A stretch of 24,795 nt of DNA from Candidatus Micrarchaeota archaeon (GTDB taxonomy: Archaea > Micrarchaeota > Micrarchaeia > Norongarragalinales > UBA8480), in NCBI GenBank assembly GCA_043805855.1, contig JAZDHP010000067.1, positions 1 through 24,795 of the forward strand. Reading direction: 5' to 3'. Position 1 is the first letter of the stretch; each line of letters opens with the position of its first letter. The notes beneath the pieces were generated by a model that saw only the letters and a program-made list of their open reading frames with translations, was not told the DNA's origin and made no database searches. A program made the translations under genes and the position numbers. Positions 6,878 to 16,583 of the stretch are shown here, piece after piece.

Positions 6878-8089
6878 TTACACTTGTACTTTTAGCGCTT
6901 CTATTCCCGGCAACGTTTTGCCACTTATGTATTCAAGGAACGCGCCGCCTGACAAGCTAACGTGGGAAATTTTGCGTTGTTCGAGTTTAAACTCGTTGAA
7001 AACCGTTGACCACGAGCCACCGGCAACAATTGTGAACGCGCGGGAATCGGTCAATGCTTTGCCAAGCTCAATTGAACCTTTTGCAAATTGCTCATTTTCA
7101 AATTGACCAGGAACCCCGCGAGCAAACACAGTTTCAGTGTTCTTCACAATTTGACAATAGTTAGCAATTGTTTTGCTTCCAATGTCTTCAAATGGATAAT
7201 TTACCGGCAAGTCAACAACGCTATACTCGCGTCGTTTACCATCAGCATTAGCTGCGACGTCAACTGGAGTTGAAATAATTTCCGAATATAACAAAAGCGT
7301 TTTTGCAATGTCTAGAAATTTATCTGCGCCGAGTTCAGTTAAACGTTGTTCAGTTGGTTCGCCTAGCGCAACGCCTTTAGCTTTTAGAAATAGCAAACCT
7401 AGTTCACCGCAAAGGAGGATTTTTTTCGCCTTGTGTCTCTTGCAAACGCCAGTTATCAACTCGAGATTTTCCTTTAACTTTACCCCGCCGAGTAAAAATA
7501 CCGCGTTGCTTGAATGTGCAATTATTCTATCACTGGCGACTATTTCACGTTGTAATGCCCGACCTGCAAAACTAGGCAACAAGGAATTAAATCCAATTAC
7601 ACTCGCTTGGGAACGGTGGCTAACTGAAAACGCGTCGTTTACAAATAAATCAACCACGCTAGCGAGTTTCTGCACGTGCGTTACGTACGAGGCGCTTTCA
7701 GCGTCAAGTTCAAGCATTTCTTCCGATAGCAAGCGCACGTTGTCAAGAAGCATCACTTCTCCTTCTTGTAGCGCTTTTATCATCGCGAGTGCAGTTGGAC
7801 CGCAAATGTCAGGCATGAACAAAACTGGCGAGCCGATTTCTTGCGATAAAATAACAGCGTGTTCTTGAAGCGAGCGAAATTCACCATCGCCGGGACGCCC
7901 CTGGTGCGCCAATAGTACTACTTTTGCACCTTTTGAAACTAATTCTTTTATTGTAATTGCACTTGCTGTAAAGCGGCCGTTTTTTTGAACTGCGCCGTTG
8001 CTTATGCTAGAGTTAATGTCAATTCGCACAAGCGCAATTTTACCCTTAAGATCACCGACGTCGTCGAGAGTTTTTATTCCATCTAACAT
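6878..8089 (-). CDS. pgk: Phosphoglycerate kinase (archaeal-type, divergent)
   Basis: VRIDINS, AHQGRPG, LLDNVR, NDAFSVSHRSQAS and HVSLSGGAFLEYISGKTLPG; directly downstream of gap. Confidence 0.93.
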   Translation of the reverse strand: MLDGIKTLDDVGDLKGKIALVRIDINSSISNGAVQKNGRFTASAITIKELVSKGAKVVLLAHQGRPGDGEFRSLQEHAVILSQEIGSPVLFMPDICGPTALAMIKALQEGEVMLLDNVRLLSEEMLELDAESASYVTHVQKLASVVDLFVNDAFSVSHRSQASVIGFNSLLPSFAGRALQREIVASDRIIAHSSNAVFLLGGVKLKENLELITGVCKRHKAKKILLCGELGLLFLKAKGVALGEPTEQRLTELGADKFLDIAKTLLLYSEIISTPVDVAANADGKRREYSVVDLPVNYPFEDIGSKTIANYCQIVKNTETVFARGVPGQFENEQFAKGSIELGKALTDSRAFTIVAGGSWSTVFNEFKLEQRKISHVSLSGGAFLEYISGKTLPGIEALKVQV

Positions 8090-8135
8090 TTTTTACCACT
8101 TAAATATTCAATTCATTTTCAATTCTATTTTATTT

Positions 8136-9158
8136 TCATTTCTTTGCAATGTGTTTCAACAAGTCAACTAATTTAACTGAATAGCCCCATTCGTTGTCGT
8201 ACCAAGAATAGATTTTTAGGAAGTCGCCGCGGCCACCTAGAACACTTGTAATTGAACCATCTACAATTCCAGTGTGCGATTCGCCAATAATATCAACAGA
8301 AACAATTTCTTCTTCAGTGTAACCAAGTATTCCTTTTAGTTTTCCTTCGCTGGCTTTTTTCACAACGGCGTTTACTTCTTGGCTAGTTGTTTGCCGCGAT
8401 AAAATTAACGAAAGGTCACTGATTGAACCGCACGCAACTGGCACGCGCATTGCGATGCCGTCCATTTTGCCAACCAGCGCAGGTATAACTTGGCCAATTG
8501 CACTTGCTGCGCCTGTAGATGTTGGGATTATAGAAAGTGCAGCTGCGCGCGAGCGACGCAGTTTTTCATTAGGCAAATCCATTATCCTCTGGTCATTTGT
8601 ATACGCGTGGATTGTTGTAAGGAAACCTTTTGTAATTCCATATTCGTCATTTAGCAATTTCAATAAAGGTGCAATGCTGTTCGTCGTGCACGAGGCCATT
8701 GAGATTACATTGTGTTTTTCAGCATCGTAAGTTTCAAGGTTTACACCAGGTAAAAGCACGGCATCTGCGTTTTTCGAAGGCCCGCTTATAATTACCTTTT
8801 CAGCGCCGGCGTCTAGATGTTGTGATGCTGCGTTTTTTTCTGTATAGCGCCCAGTTGATTCAATTACATAATCGATGTTCATTTGCTTCCACGGTAGCGA
8901 GAGCACGTCTTTTTTCGAGAGTATTTCAGTTTCCTTGCCGTTGAAAGACAAAGTTGTTTCGCTTGAGAATACTTTATCCTCTAGTTTGCCGTGAACAGAA
9001 TCGTACTTCAACAAGTAAGCGAGTGTTTTTGAATCTGCAATGTCGTTTATTGCAACGATTTCAAAGTTTTTTGTAAACGTTTCATCGTGCATTGCCGCGC
9101 GGAAGAACATTCTACCAATTCTGCCAAATCCATTAATTGCAACGCGTTTTTTAGCCAT
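8136..9158 (-). CDS. gap: Type I glyceraldehyde-3-phosphate dehydrogenase
   Basis: INGFGRIGR, ASCTTN, TTIHAYT and WYDNEWGYS; AGGTGGT RBS upstream. Confidence 0.97.
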   Translation of the reverse strand: MAKKRVAINGFGRIGRMFFRAAMHDETFTKNFEIVAINDIADSKTLAYLLKYDSVHGKLEDKVFSSETTLSFNGKETEILSKKDVLSLPWKQMNIDYVIESTGRYTEKNAASQHLDAGAEKVIISGPSKNADAVLLPGVNLETYDAEKHNVISMASCTTNSIAPLLKLLNDEYGITKGFLTTIHAYTNDQRIMDLPNEKLRRSRAAALSIIPTSTGAASAIGQVIPALVGKMDGIAMRVPVACGSISDLSLILSRQTTSQEVNAVVKKASEGKLKGILGYTEEEIVSVDIIGESHTGIVDGSITSVLGGRGDFLKIYSWYDNEWGYSVKLVDLLKHIAKK

Positions 9159-9274
9159 AGAACAATAACCACCTTTTTTCAGTTACAAGAGTTAAACACG
9201 CACTTAATTTTAAAACGTTGTTTCGACACCGCAATCGGACAATTGAACCAAAACAAAGCTAGCAAATTAGCGAA

Positions 9275-11902
9275 TTAACTAATGCGGCTGGTTATTTTTT
9301 TCAACATTTCAACAAAGACAAAAGCGCCAAGTCCTACTGACAATGGAAGCAGCCATTCAACTAGCAAAAGCGGCGTTAAGCGAAATACTCCGTTTAACGG
9401 CGAGTATATTGCAACGAGCATTATGCAAAAAGCAAAGATAGAACCAAAAACCATTAGTTTGTTTGAAAAAACTTTGGTTTTGAAAATTGACTCTGAAAGT
9501 GATTTAAACGCAAACGGGAGGAACAAAATTGTACTTATGATTGCAGCAAATGTAAGCGTGCGCGCTTTGTCAAGCTGTTCAAACGGGTTGCTTGCCGTGA
9601 ATAAGAGAAAACATGCCAATGCAATGAACGCTGCAGTGCAAAGTATTAGCACTAAGTTGCGTTTTTTCAAAATTTGTTCATTTGGTTTACGGGGTTTGTT
9701 TTTCATTAAACTTGCAGTTGGCGCGTCTAGTCCAAGTGAAAGCGCAGGTAGTATTTCTCCAAAAGTGTTTATCAACAAAATTTGAAGTGCAATTAATGGT
9801 AAGTAGTTAAAGCCAAGCAACATGATGCCTAGAAGTATCAAAATAACTTCGGTGAAGTTACGCGCAGTTAGGTAAACTGTGAATTTTTCTATGTTATTGT
9901 AAATCGCGCGGCCTTGTTCAACTGCACATACAATAGTTGCAAAATTATCATCTTGTAGTACAATGCTGCTAGACTCGCGGGCAACTTCAGTGCCTTTTAA
10001 CCCCATTGCAACGCCAATATCCGCCTTTTTCAACGCAGGCGCGTCGTTTATACCATCGCCAGTCATTGCAACAATATGCCCCTTTTGCTTCAACGCGCTT
10101 ACAATCCGCAATTTTTGTTCAGGCATAATCCGTGCATAAATGTTAATACTATCAACAAGCGATGAAAACTCAACGTCGTTTAATTCATTTAATTCAGCCC
10201 CGGTTATAACGTGGTCTTCAGCTATTTTGCGTAGTTTTTCGCTTTCAATTCCAGACAACGATTCACTTTGAAGCGGCAATCCAACTGCACGACAAATTGC
10301 ACACGCAGTTTCCTCATTGTCGCCAGTTATCATCACTATTTTTATTCCAGCTTCTTGACATGTAGCAATTGCTTGCTTCACCTCTTCGCGCGGCGGGTCG
10401 CGCATTGCAACTAAACCCAGAAAAACAAGGTTTTCTTCAAGTTCAACGCCAGAAGATAATTCTTTATAGGCAACTGCAAGAGTTCTAAAAGCAGAAAATG
10501 CAAATTTTTTATTTTGCGCTAATATTTTAACACGTTCACCTGCGGTTAACTTTTCAACCTTTCCATTAAATTCAATAAAAGCACATTTCTCCAGAAGATT
10601 TTCAGGCGCGCCTTTTGAAAAAACCATTTTCTTGCGGCCGTGCCGGTAAAGCACGGTCATTAACTTACGTTCGGAAGTGAATTCCAACTCTTGCTGCTTT
10701 TCGTACTCCATTCCCAAATTATCTTTCCATAAACCAGCTTTTGCGCCAGCGACAACAAGCGCCGCTTCAGTTGGATCGCCGATAATTTTCCACTCGCCGC
10801 TATCTTCACGCAGTTCAGCGTTAGTGCATAAAGTTGACGCTAACAAAATTGAATTAAGCGCGCCACTGTTTGCGTTAACGGCAACATTGTTCTTGTAAAA
10901 CTCACCTTTTGGAGAATAGCCAGCGCCGTTAACGTAAAAAACTTCACCGTTTGTAAAAATCTTCTCTACAGTCATTTCATTCTTAGTGAGAGTGCCAGTT
11001 TTGTCAGTGCAGATAACAGTAACGCTGCCAAGCGTTTCAACTGCAAGCATTTTGCGCACAATTGCTTTGCTCCGCGCCATGCGTTGCATCCCGTAAGCTA
11101 ATGTCAACGTTAGCGTTAGTGGAAGGCCTTCTGGAACAGCTGCAACTGCAAGCGCCAGTGCAATTATTAAAATATCTAATATAGGCGCGCCTTTTGCAAC
11201 TCCAATTACAAACGTCAACGCACACGCGGCCATTGCAATTATCGAAAGCGTTTTTCCAAGGCTAGTTATATTACGCTGTAATGGAGTTTCAACTTCTTTA
11301 GTTTGAATTAAACCCGCAATTGAACCAAGTTTAGTACTCATACCAGTTAACTGTACAAACGCCTTGCACTTACCATGCACAATCAACGTACCTGCAAAAA
11401 CAATTGCACCGTTTTTCTTTTCAACAGGCGCACTTTCGCCAGTTAATGCACTCTCGTCAACTTTTAGCCCAGTTGTTTCAAAAATTTGAGCATCTGCAGA
11501 TACCTTATCGCCAGTTTCTAATAGAATTACATCGCCTGGAACTAGTAACCGCGTTTCCAGTTCAATTAACTTTGTACCGCGGTAAACCCGCGCAGTTGGT
11601 TGGACTATTTTTTTCAACGCTTGCATTGACTTTTCAGCACGGTACTCTTGGAAGCAACCTAGACAAATTACAAAAACAATAATTGCAATAATCGCCGCGA
11701 AATTTATCGTTTCGCCAATGAAAAGTGAAATTAATGCTGCAGCTAGCAAAACATAAATTGTAAAGTTGGAAAATTGACTCACAAGTGTGTCGAGCAACGC
11801 GAATTTGTTCTTTTCAACTAACTCGTTAAACCCGCATTCAGTTAACTTAGCTTGCGCTTGAGCTTCAGTTAAACCGCCAAATGAAACTTTATCTAAAGGC
11901 AT
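9275..11902 (-). CDS. Cation-transporting P-type ATPase, type IIA (Ca2+-like)
   Basis: TGES, PEGL, DKTGTLT, KGAPE, DPPR and TGDGINDAPALKKAD, plus multiple TM segments. Confidence 0.95.
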   Translation of the reverse strand: MPLDKVSFGGLTEAQAQAKLTECGFNELVEKNKFALLDTLVSQFSNFTIYVLLAAALISLFIGETINFAAIIAIIVFVICLGCFQEYRAEKSMQALKKIVQPTARVYRGTKLIELETRLLVPGDVILLETGDKVSADAQIFETTGLKVDESALTGESAPVEKKNGAIVFAGTLIVHGKCKAFVQLTGMSTKLGSIAGLIQTKEVETPLQRNITSLGKTLSIIAMAACALTFVIGVAKGAPILDILIIALALAVAAVPEGLPLTLTLTLAYGMQRMARSKAIVRKMLAVETLGSVTVICTDKTGTLTKNEMTVEKIFTNGEVFYVNGAGYSPKGEFYKNNVAVNANSGALNSILLASTLCTNAELREDSGEWKIIGDPTEAALVVAGAKAGLWKDNLGMEYEKQQELEFTSERKLMTVLYRHGRKKMVFSKGAPENLLEKCAFIEFNGKVEKLTAGERVKILAQNKKFAFSAFRTLAVAYKELSSGVELEENLVFLGLVAMRDPPREEVKQAIATCQEAGIKIVMITGDNEETACAICRAVGLPLQSESLSGIESEKLRKIAEDHVITGAELNELNDVEFSSLVDSINIYARIMPEQKLRIVSALKQKGHIVAMTGDGINDAPALKKADIGVAMGLKGTEVARESSSIVLQDDNFATIVCAVEQGRAIYNNIEKFTVYLTARNFTEVILILLGIMLLGFNYLPLIALQILLINTFGEILPALSLGLDAPTASLMKNKPRKPNEQILKKRNLVLILCTAAFIALACFLLFTASNPFEQLDKARTLTFAAIISTILFLPFAFKSLSESIFKTKVFSNKLMVFGSIFAFCIMLVAIYSPLNGVFRLTPLLLVEWLLPLSVGLGAFVFVEMLKKITSRIS

Positions 11903-12006
11903 CAGTACTCGCTACACAATAGGAAAAACTCCCTTAAATACCAAACTTAAACACCGTGGCTAGATTTTTAAAACACAACCGCGCTATGAACATATAGGCA
12001 AAAAAT

Positions 12007-12501
12007 ATGGAAAGCCAAAACTACAAAAGAGTAAAAGACATCGCTAGCAAAGAGTTTGTAACAATAGACGCTAATGAAACTCTTGAACGCGCGGGAAAAC
12101 TAATGCTCGAAAAACGCGTTGGACTGTTAGTAGTTATAGAAAATGGAAATACAATAGGCGTTTTAACCGCAGGCGAATGGTTCAAATCATTTTACTTACA
12201 CGTAGCTAATGCCTTGCCAGAAACGCGTTTTCAAGAGGGAAAAACTGCCCAACCTGAACTACAACTTGCAAGAAATGAAAATGCAAAGAAACGCGCAGGT
12301 GAGTTTAAACAAATGAAAGTAAAAAGCATAATGAACCCACATTTAAAAACAATTAACGAAAACGCTTCGCTCACTGAAGCAGTTAGAGAAATGAAAGCAA
12401 CTGACCTACGTCGATTGCTAATTGTAGACGAAAATAAACAAGTAAAAGCAGTGCTTGGAAGAACACGCACTTTAGTAACGTTACTAGATGAGCTAAGCTA
12501 G
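12007..12501 (+). CDS. CBS domain-pair protein
   Basis: Two CBS motifs (VKDIASKEFVTID..., VKSIMNPHLKTINENASL...). TTTTTAAAA at 11965-11973 upstream. Confidence 0.85.
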   Translation: MESQNYKRVKDIASKEFVTIDANETLERAGKLMLEKRVGLLVVIENGNTIGVLTAGEWFKSFYLHVANALPETRFQEGKTAQPELQLARNENAKKRAGEFKQMKVKSIMNPHLKTINENASLTEAVREMKATDLRRLLIVDENKQVKAVLGRTRTLVTLLDELS

Positions 12502-12564
12502 AAAAAATAGAAAAAAGTAAAAAAAGAACAAAAAAAGAAAAAACTAATTATAAAAAAAAGAAAT
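12502..12564 (-). terminator. Long oligo-T tract (minus strand) after the giant Cys-rich gene
   Basis: Multiple A5-A6 runs on the + strand, i.e. U-tracts on the minus transcript, typical of archaeal intrinsic terminators. Confidence 0.55.
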
Positions 12565-15500
12565 TTATCCAGTTGGTTTACTTGATAATGCGTTTACAAG
12601 TGCTTTGACTGTTTCAATTAAACCGCCAGCTGTGTTGTATTGCGCGTCTGCTTCATTGCAAAGTTGTTTTGCTTCTCGTTCCATTGAAGCAACTTTTTCT
12701 TCACAACTTACATCGCTGTATTTAGAGCAAACGTCACTGCGCAGCGTTTTAACAAGTTCAAGCTGCTTGGTGCACTGTTCCCTCTTTAGCTGCGCTTCGC
12801 GGCGGGCCTCTTCAGCGCGTGCACCGAACATCTGGGCAAACTGTGCTTGTAAATCAGCGAAAATGTCTTTTCTCAACTGTTGCTTAAGTTCCTCGTATTG
12901 AGCTCTTGTTAGAACAATATCTCCTTTTAATAATTCTAAACTAGTTTGTTCAATTGAAGAAGATGTAGTTAAATTGCTGAATAAACCAATAACTGAACTA
13001 TTTTGCATTGAAATTGCAGTGCATTCCATTTCAACTTGGTGCTTTATCAATTCCCTAATTTTATCGCGTGAAATAGACTGCTTGCATTGAGCGTAAGCAT
13101 TGTTGAATTTATCGCTGCTTTCAACTGCCCGTGCTTTGCACTGCGCTGCAATTGACTCACTTAAACTCACTGTGCTGCTTGAATCACTGCAAGCAACATC
13201 TAGGTTAAGCACTGTTGACAACGCAACTACGTTTGCTTTAGATTCTGCAACGCAGCTGCTTTCAATGCTTTCAGGCAAGTAAGCGTTAATCACTTGTGTC
13301 CTCCAATTCTCCAAGCAAGACTTAACAAAACCTTCGTAGTTAACTGAACCAGAGCGAGTGCATATAGACTCAGAAGTTGCGCTAGTAGCAACTGGAACCA
13401 AAGTAGCTGCTTCTGTAACTTGCGATTGCAATACGTTTGGCACTTCGCTTTCAACTACTAAGCCAGTTGCTTTTGATTTAACAGATTGGTTTACTGGCGG
13501 AGTTGCTGGTGTACAATCATAGCTAGATATACAAGAAATTGAACCAGTACAACCTGACGGGTTCATCGTGCTGCGCACTGGATTTAGTGTACCACTGCAT
13601 GAAGGTGGGCTAATTGGCGTACAGTAAGATTCAGTGCATGGCGGTAAAGTTGAAGTTCCTCCTGAACCAGAACAATCGCAAGAAGAGCTCTGGCAAGAGA
13701 TTCCGGTTGTACAACCTGGCGGCGTGTAGGTGTAAGGATCTGATCTAGACGTGCAGCCTGAGCCACAATTTTCCATCGGAGGTGGCGTTGGGCATTGCAA
13801 GTTACCGCAACTAGTGCCTGTACCTGAGCTTGTTGAACCAGAGTAATCGCACCATTTTGAATAACACTTGCATGAACGGCCGTTTTCAGTTGTAGTGTAT
13901 GCTGAGTCGGAAGTTTTTATTGTACCTCCATTACAAACTGGCGTTGGACACATTGAAGCGCTGCATTCTGTTAAACCACTAGTGTCTTGTTCGCACCATG
14001 TAGAAGTACAGCTACATTGTTGGCCGTTGTTATTCATTGAAGAAGGTGGCCCTTGTTTTTGTACCATTCCGCTTGAACAAACAGCTGGAGTTGGACAAAC
14101 TGACGTTGGGCAAGCTGTTAAAGTTTGGCAAGATGCTCTTGCACAAGTGAAGCCGGGCGTGCTACACGCTAGTGGCTGGTTAGTCCAAACTACGGTTTGG
14201 CCTGACGGGCAAGTTGGTGTAGGCGCTGGACCGCAATTACAAGTATTTGTACCAGTTTGAGTTGTAGTGCCTTCGCACCAGCTTGACCTACAAGCGCATT
14301 TTTGACCGCTTGTACTGTCGAACATTAAATTCGAACCACTTTTCAAAGTTTGACCAGTTGTACAAGACTGTGCGCCTCCAGAGCAAGATGAAACTGGACA
14401 CGCTGGATAAGAAGCTGTTGAAACGCAGTTTGTTCTCGCGCAAGTGATTTGGTTTCCTGAAGGCGTAGTGTACATGTAAGAGCCGCCTGATTCTGATGCT
14501 TGGTCAGTAGCACAGTTCATTTGTGGACAAGTTTCTCCACCGCTAGGCATTATTGTAGAAGCGCAAGTGTAAGTTGTACATCCATTGTACGTTCCTCCTT
14601 TTTGTATAGTTCCTCCAGGACAAGATGGTGGCATTTGGCAAGATGTTGATTGACATTGGTAAACTGGACAGCTGCCTGCGCTTGGGGTTGCAGTTGCTAT
14701 TGCAACTTCTCCATTTGAACAAAATGGCGCAGGTGGACAAGTTCTAGTTGGTGGAAAGAAACAGTACTTGTTTGAACAAACTACTCCTGATGGCAAAGTA
14801 TATGAATTAGACGAAATGGTTCCCCCTGAATTACGGCATTGCATTTCATCAAGGAATCCTTGCGCTGGGCAACTTGCAGTTGAATAGGAAACATTGTTTC
14901 CTTGAGACATACAGAACTTATACGAACAGCCATTGTAATAATTCATTGAAATGCTTCCACCTGAAGCTTTGCAATTAACTTCCATCGTAGGGGTAAATGG
15001 ATCAACTTGACAAATTTGGTTAGTTTGAGTTGGCATATTACACTGGGCTATCTGGCAACCCCCTTGGCCATAAGCATAGTAAATTCCACCGCCTTTCATA
15101 TTACAATCTGCAACGCGTTGATTGTTTTCCACTGCAGTTGGACAAATCGCATTAGCGCCCATTCCACGACATTCAAATTTCATACAAGCTGGCCTCATTG
15201 GGTCGCTTTCCACTGAAGGATTTCCACCTTTAGCACTGCACTCTTCTTTCCAGTTTCCTGGCAGTTCAGGACAAGGCATTACTGGACCAGCGCGCATTTG
15301 GCCCTTGTTACAAAAAGCGTATTTACAACCAACTTGGTCAACATTATATTCTACAAAGCCACCGTTTTGCCTGCAATTCATTGCAAACTCGCTGTTTTCA
15401 CTTGGCACAGTTGGACAAGCTTGGTTTGGCATCCTACACTCGGCTTTGGGACAGCCATAAGAGTCATCTGGAATTGGAATTCCGCCACGTTGCCTGCATT

Positions 15501-16371
15501 GTTCCTGCCAGTTTGGCGGAATCCAAATAGCTGGACAAACTGCGTTGCCTAATATTGAATCTGAAGAAAAGCTACATTGCTGAACAAGGCAATTACCTCG
15601 CATTTCTGGCCTTGGCTTTCCACCAGCGCGGGTACAGTCATTTTCCCAGCCAGATGGAATATAAGGACATTCGTTTTCCCTAACTAAAATTGGCTTGGGG
15701 CCTTGTTTATAATCGCAAATTGGATAACCACAGCCGCTGAACTCGTCTCTCTTAATAACTAGCTCCCCCCCGTTGCGTACACACTGTGCTTTCCACTCCG
15801 AAGAAACAATTATCTCAGCTTCAGAACAAACTGCTCGTGTTAAAGGCACAGGTTGACGGCAAAAACGCTCAATGTCCCATTTATTTTGTGAAAACATTGC
15901 TTTGCACTTTAACAAGGCATAGTCTTCAGCTGCACTGTAAGTTTTTTCACTTTCCTTGCGTTTCTTACAAATATTGAAAAGCGCTTGCTCGAGAGAAGCT
16001 GCATTATTGCACGTTAAATTCTGCTGCTTTAAAACTTCACAGTAGCCCTTAGCGTTATCTGTTTCGCTTAAAACTGAGTTTAATTGAGTACAAATCTTTT
16101 CATATGAAAAGCCTTCTTGCTCTAGTTTTGCACTAACCTCGTCAGTAACTTTACCCGCATCTGGGCAGTATTTTAACAACTCGCGATATTCTGGCCTAGA
16201 AAAAACTTCTTTACTAACTTGAGTTGAAACAATGTCATTAACAGAATAAGCTTCAATAGAAGTAGGTATAACATTAGAGCCAGCCACATTTGTAGGTACA
16301 AAAAACGGCTGAGCAACTGTCAATGACATTGACAGTATAAAAAAGATTGATAAAAGTTTAAAGATTACCAT
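12565..16371 (-). CDS. Giant secreted Cys-rich repeat protein (1268 aa from ATG 16371)
   Basis: Signal peptide MVIFKLLSIFFILSMSLTVA; ~100 Cys by manual count; tandem Cys modules; coiled-coil and amphipathic C-terminus. ATG 16371 is preferred because it starts the signal peptide and has a TATA box about 32 nt upstream. Confidence 0.88.
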   Translation of the reverse strand: MVIFKLLSIFFILSMSLTVAQPFFVPTNVAGSNVIPTSIEAYSVNDIVSTQVSKEVFSRPEYRELLKYCPDAGKVTDEVSAKLEQEGFSYEKICTQLNSVLSETDNAKGYCEVLKQQNLTCNNAASLEQALFNICKKRKESEKTYSAAEDYALLKCKAMFSQNKWDIERFCRQPVPLTRAVCSEAEIIVSSEWKAQCVRNGGELVIKRDEFSGCGYPICDYKQGPKPILVRENECPYIPSGWENDCTRAGGKPRPEMRGNCLVQQCSFSSDSILGNAVCPAIWIPPNWQEQCRQRGGIPIPDDSYGCPKAECRMPNQACPTVPSENSEFAMNCRQNGGFVEYNVDQVGCKYAFCNKGQMRAGPVMPCPELPGNWKEECSAKGGNPSVESDPMRPACMKFECRGMGANAICPTAVENNQRVADCNMKGGGIYYAYGQGGCQIAQCNMPTQTNQICQVDPFTPTMEVNCKASGGSISMNYYNGCSYKFCMSQGNNVSYSTASCPAQGFLDEMQCRNSGGTISSNSYTLPSGVVCSNKYCFFPPTRTCPPAPFCSNGEVAIATATPSAGSCPVYQCQSTSCQMPPSCPGGTIQKGGTYNGCTTYTCASTIMPSGGETCPQMNCATDQASESGGSYMYTTPSGNQITCARTNCVSTASYPACPVSSCSGGAQSCTTGQTLKSGSNLMFDSTSGQKCACRSSWCEGTTTQTGTNTCNCGPAPTPTCPSGQTVVWTNQPLACSTPGFTCARASCQTLTACPTSVCPTPAVCSSGMVQKQGPPSSMNNNGQQCSCTSTWCEQDTSGLTECSASMCPTPVCNGGTIKTSDSAYTTTENGRSCKCYSKWCDYSGSTSSGTGTSCGNLQCPTPPPMENCGSGCTSRSDPYTYTPPGCTTGISCQSSSCDCSGSGGTSTLPPCTESYCTPISPPSCSGTLNPVRSTMNPSGCTGSISCISSYDCTPATPPVNQSVKSKATGLVVESEVPNVLQSQVTEAATLVPVATSATSESICTRSGSVNYEGFVKSCLENWRTQVINAYLPESIESSCVAESKANVVALSTVLNLDVACSDSSSTVSLSESIAAQCKARAVESSDKFNNAYAQCKQSISRDKIRELIKHQVEMECTAISMQNSSVIGLFSNLTTSSSIEQTSLELLKGDIVLTRAQYEELKQQLRKDIFADLQAQFAQMFGARAEEARREAQLKREQCTKQLELVKTLRSDVCSKYSDVSCEEKVASMEREAKQLCNEADAQYNTAGGLIETVKALVNALSSKPTG
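13510..15830 (-). repeat. Degenerate protein-level tandem Cys modules
   Basis: Eight C-x(10-14)-C-x3-GG-x(8-14)-C-x4-C units (~14760-15830), then about nine S/T/P/G-rich 4-8-Cys units (CPTP, CxCxSxWC). Boundaries approximate. Confidence 0.8.
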
Positions 16372-16442
16372 AAGAAAGCTAAGTTTTTGCAGTATAAAAA
16401 CGTTTTTAAATTCAGGCAAATAGAACTTTCATTGAAATACAA

Positions 16443-16574
16443 ATGCACGGCGTTTATACCGCGGTAATTGCAGGCACAATAATGCTAACCCTTACGGGTT
16501 TCGTTACTCTTGAGCAGGTGTTTATTTTGTTCAGCGTAAGCGCTGCAGGCATGAGAGTTGGAAATATAAAATAG
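16443..16574 (+). CDS. Possible 43-aa hydrophobic small protein
   Basis: MHGVYTAVIAGTIMLTLTGFVTLEQVFILFSVSAAGMRVGNIK fills the intergenic gap; TTTTTAAA at 16403-16410. Confidence 0.4.
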   Translation: MHGVYTAVIAGTIMLTLTGFVTLEQVFILFSVSAAGMRVGNIK

Positions 16575-16583
16575 CACGCAGCG

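Noticed and set aside
12007..12501. CBS protein as a phenylphosphate-synthase-gamma-like partner of the His-domain proteins
   Set aside because: It is 7 kb away and divergent from the ATPase; no linkage evidence.
13510..15830. CRISPR array, or DGR template/variable repeats
   Set aside because: The repeats are degenerate and protein-level; no identical DNA repeats, A-specific mismatched pair, or reverse transcriptase seen.
12565..16371. Multiheme cytochrome or Fe-S protein
   Set aside because: No CxxCH or ferredoxin motifs; the signal peptide and Cys patterns fit disulfides.
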